Shown here in pieces: positions 63,620 through 64,000 of a DNA stretch of 64,000 nt. Numbering within the stretch: the first letter of the stretch is position 1; each line of letters begins with the position of its first letter. The position numbers and the translations under genes were made by a program. This DNA is from Octopus sinensis (Eukaryota): positions 29,822,001-29,886,000 of the forward strand of contig NC_043020.1 in NCBI RefSeq assembly GCF_006345805.1, in the 5' to 3' direction. Below the pieces are notes generated by a model. That model worked only from the letters and a program-made list of their open reading frames with translations. It did no database searches and had not been told where the DNA came from.

Positions 63620-64000
63620 GGTGATGGCAACATTTCCAGAGACTCTTCGGACCTCACACATTCCACCATAGCAGATCTGAGTCACCTTGTTTGTTTGTTG
63701 TTTTTTACAACTCACACATTTGTTGACTGCTGGACTTGAAATTTAAAAAATTTCAATGAGTTTAAACACCACTGCACTAGTTGTATTACGACAGGCAAAC
63801 ATAGGTGCATGAATGCAGCAGGAAGTCTTTGTGCACTGGTGTAAATACATCCGGCTGTGAGTTGGCAGTGAAGAAACAGTGTCTCAAAACAGAGAAGTTA
63901 ACAAAAGATTGATTTACAGTGATGACATTTCGTCAGTAGACTCGGCTGGTGCTTGCCAACATAGAAACATGTTCAAACATTGACGGATGATCTATTAAGA
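63620..64000 (-). mobile_element. Possible hAT transposase remnant
   Basis: Weak CIH...VVFKLIEIF similarity to the HCIIH...VVK.VNFI region of Buster/Charlie transposases; frameshifted. Confidence 0.2.

Overview
Eukaryotic, AT-rich, repeat-dense genomic DNA. The SINE families and (TA)n/(CA)n/(GAT)n load suggest an octopus or other coleoid cephalopod; this is inference, not a database result. One protein-coding gene can be built by hand: a minus-strand ZNF143/ZNF76 (Staf) orthologue. It has 13 coding exons between 31939 and 10530, all GT-AG and phase-consistent, totalling 1932 nt (643 aa plus stop). The protein has four VxLxDG[T/S]TA repeats and seven C2H2 fingers. A GC-rich YY1-motif promoter and candidate non-coding first exon lie near 50110-50260, ~18 kb upstream, and a poly(A) signal is at 9512. 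The rest is mainly mobile DNA: three abundant SINE families, decayed RTE, CR1-like, Penelope and mariner fragments, a Helitron, a Helentron-type element, a hAT MITE and several long foldback elements. The most notable unannotated signal is a set of minimal, Penelope-type hammerhead-ribozyme motifs in five distinct non-autonomous families. They include a tRNA-promoter SINE fused to a hammerhead, a family with a U3-A8 covariant core and a family with U at core position 6. A second signal is a predicted spliced uORF whose stop overlaps the ZNF143 start codon (TGATG). No ribozyme activity or splicing has been verified; these are sequence-based predictions.
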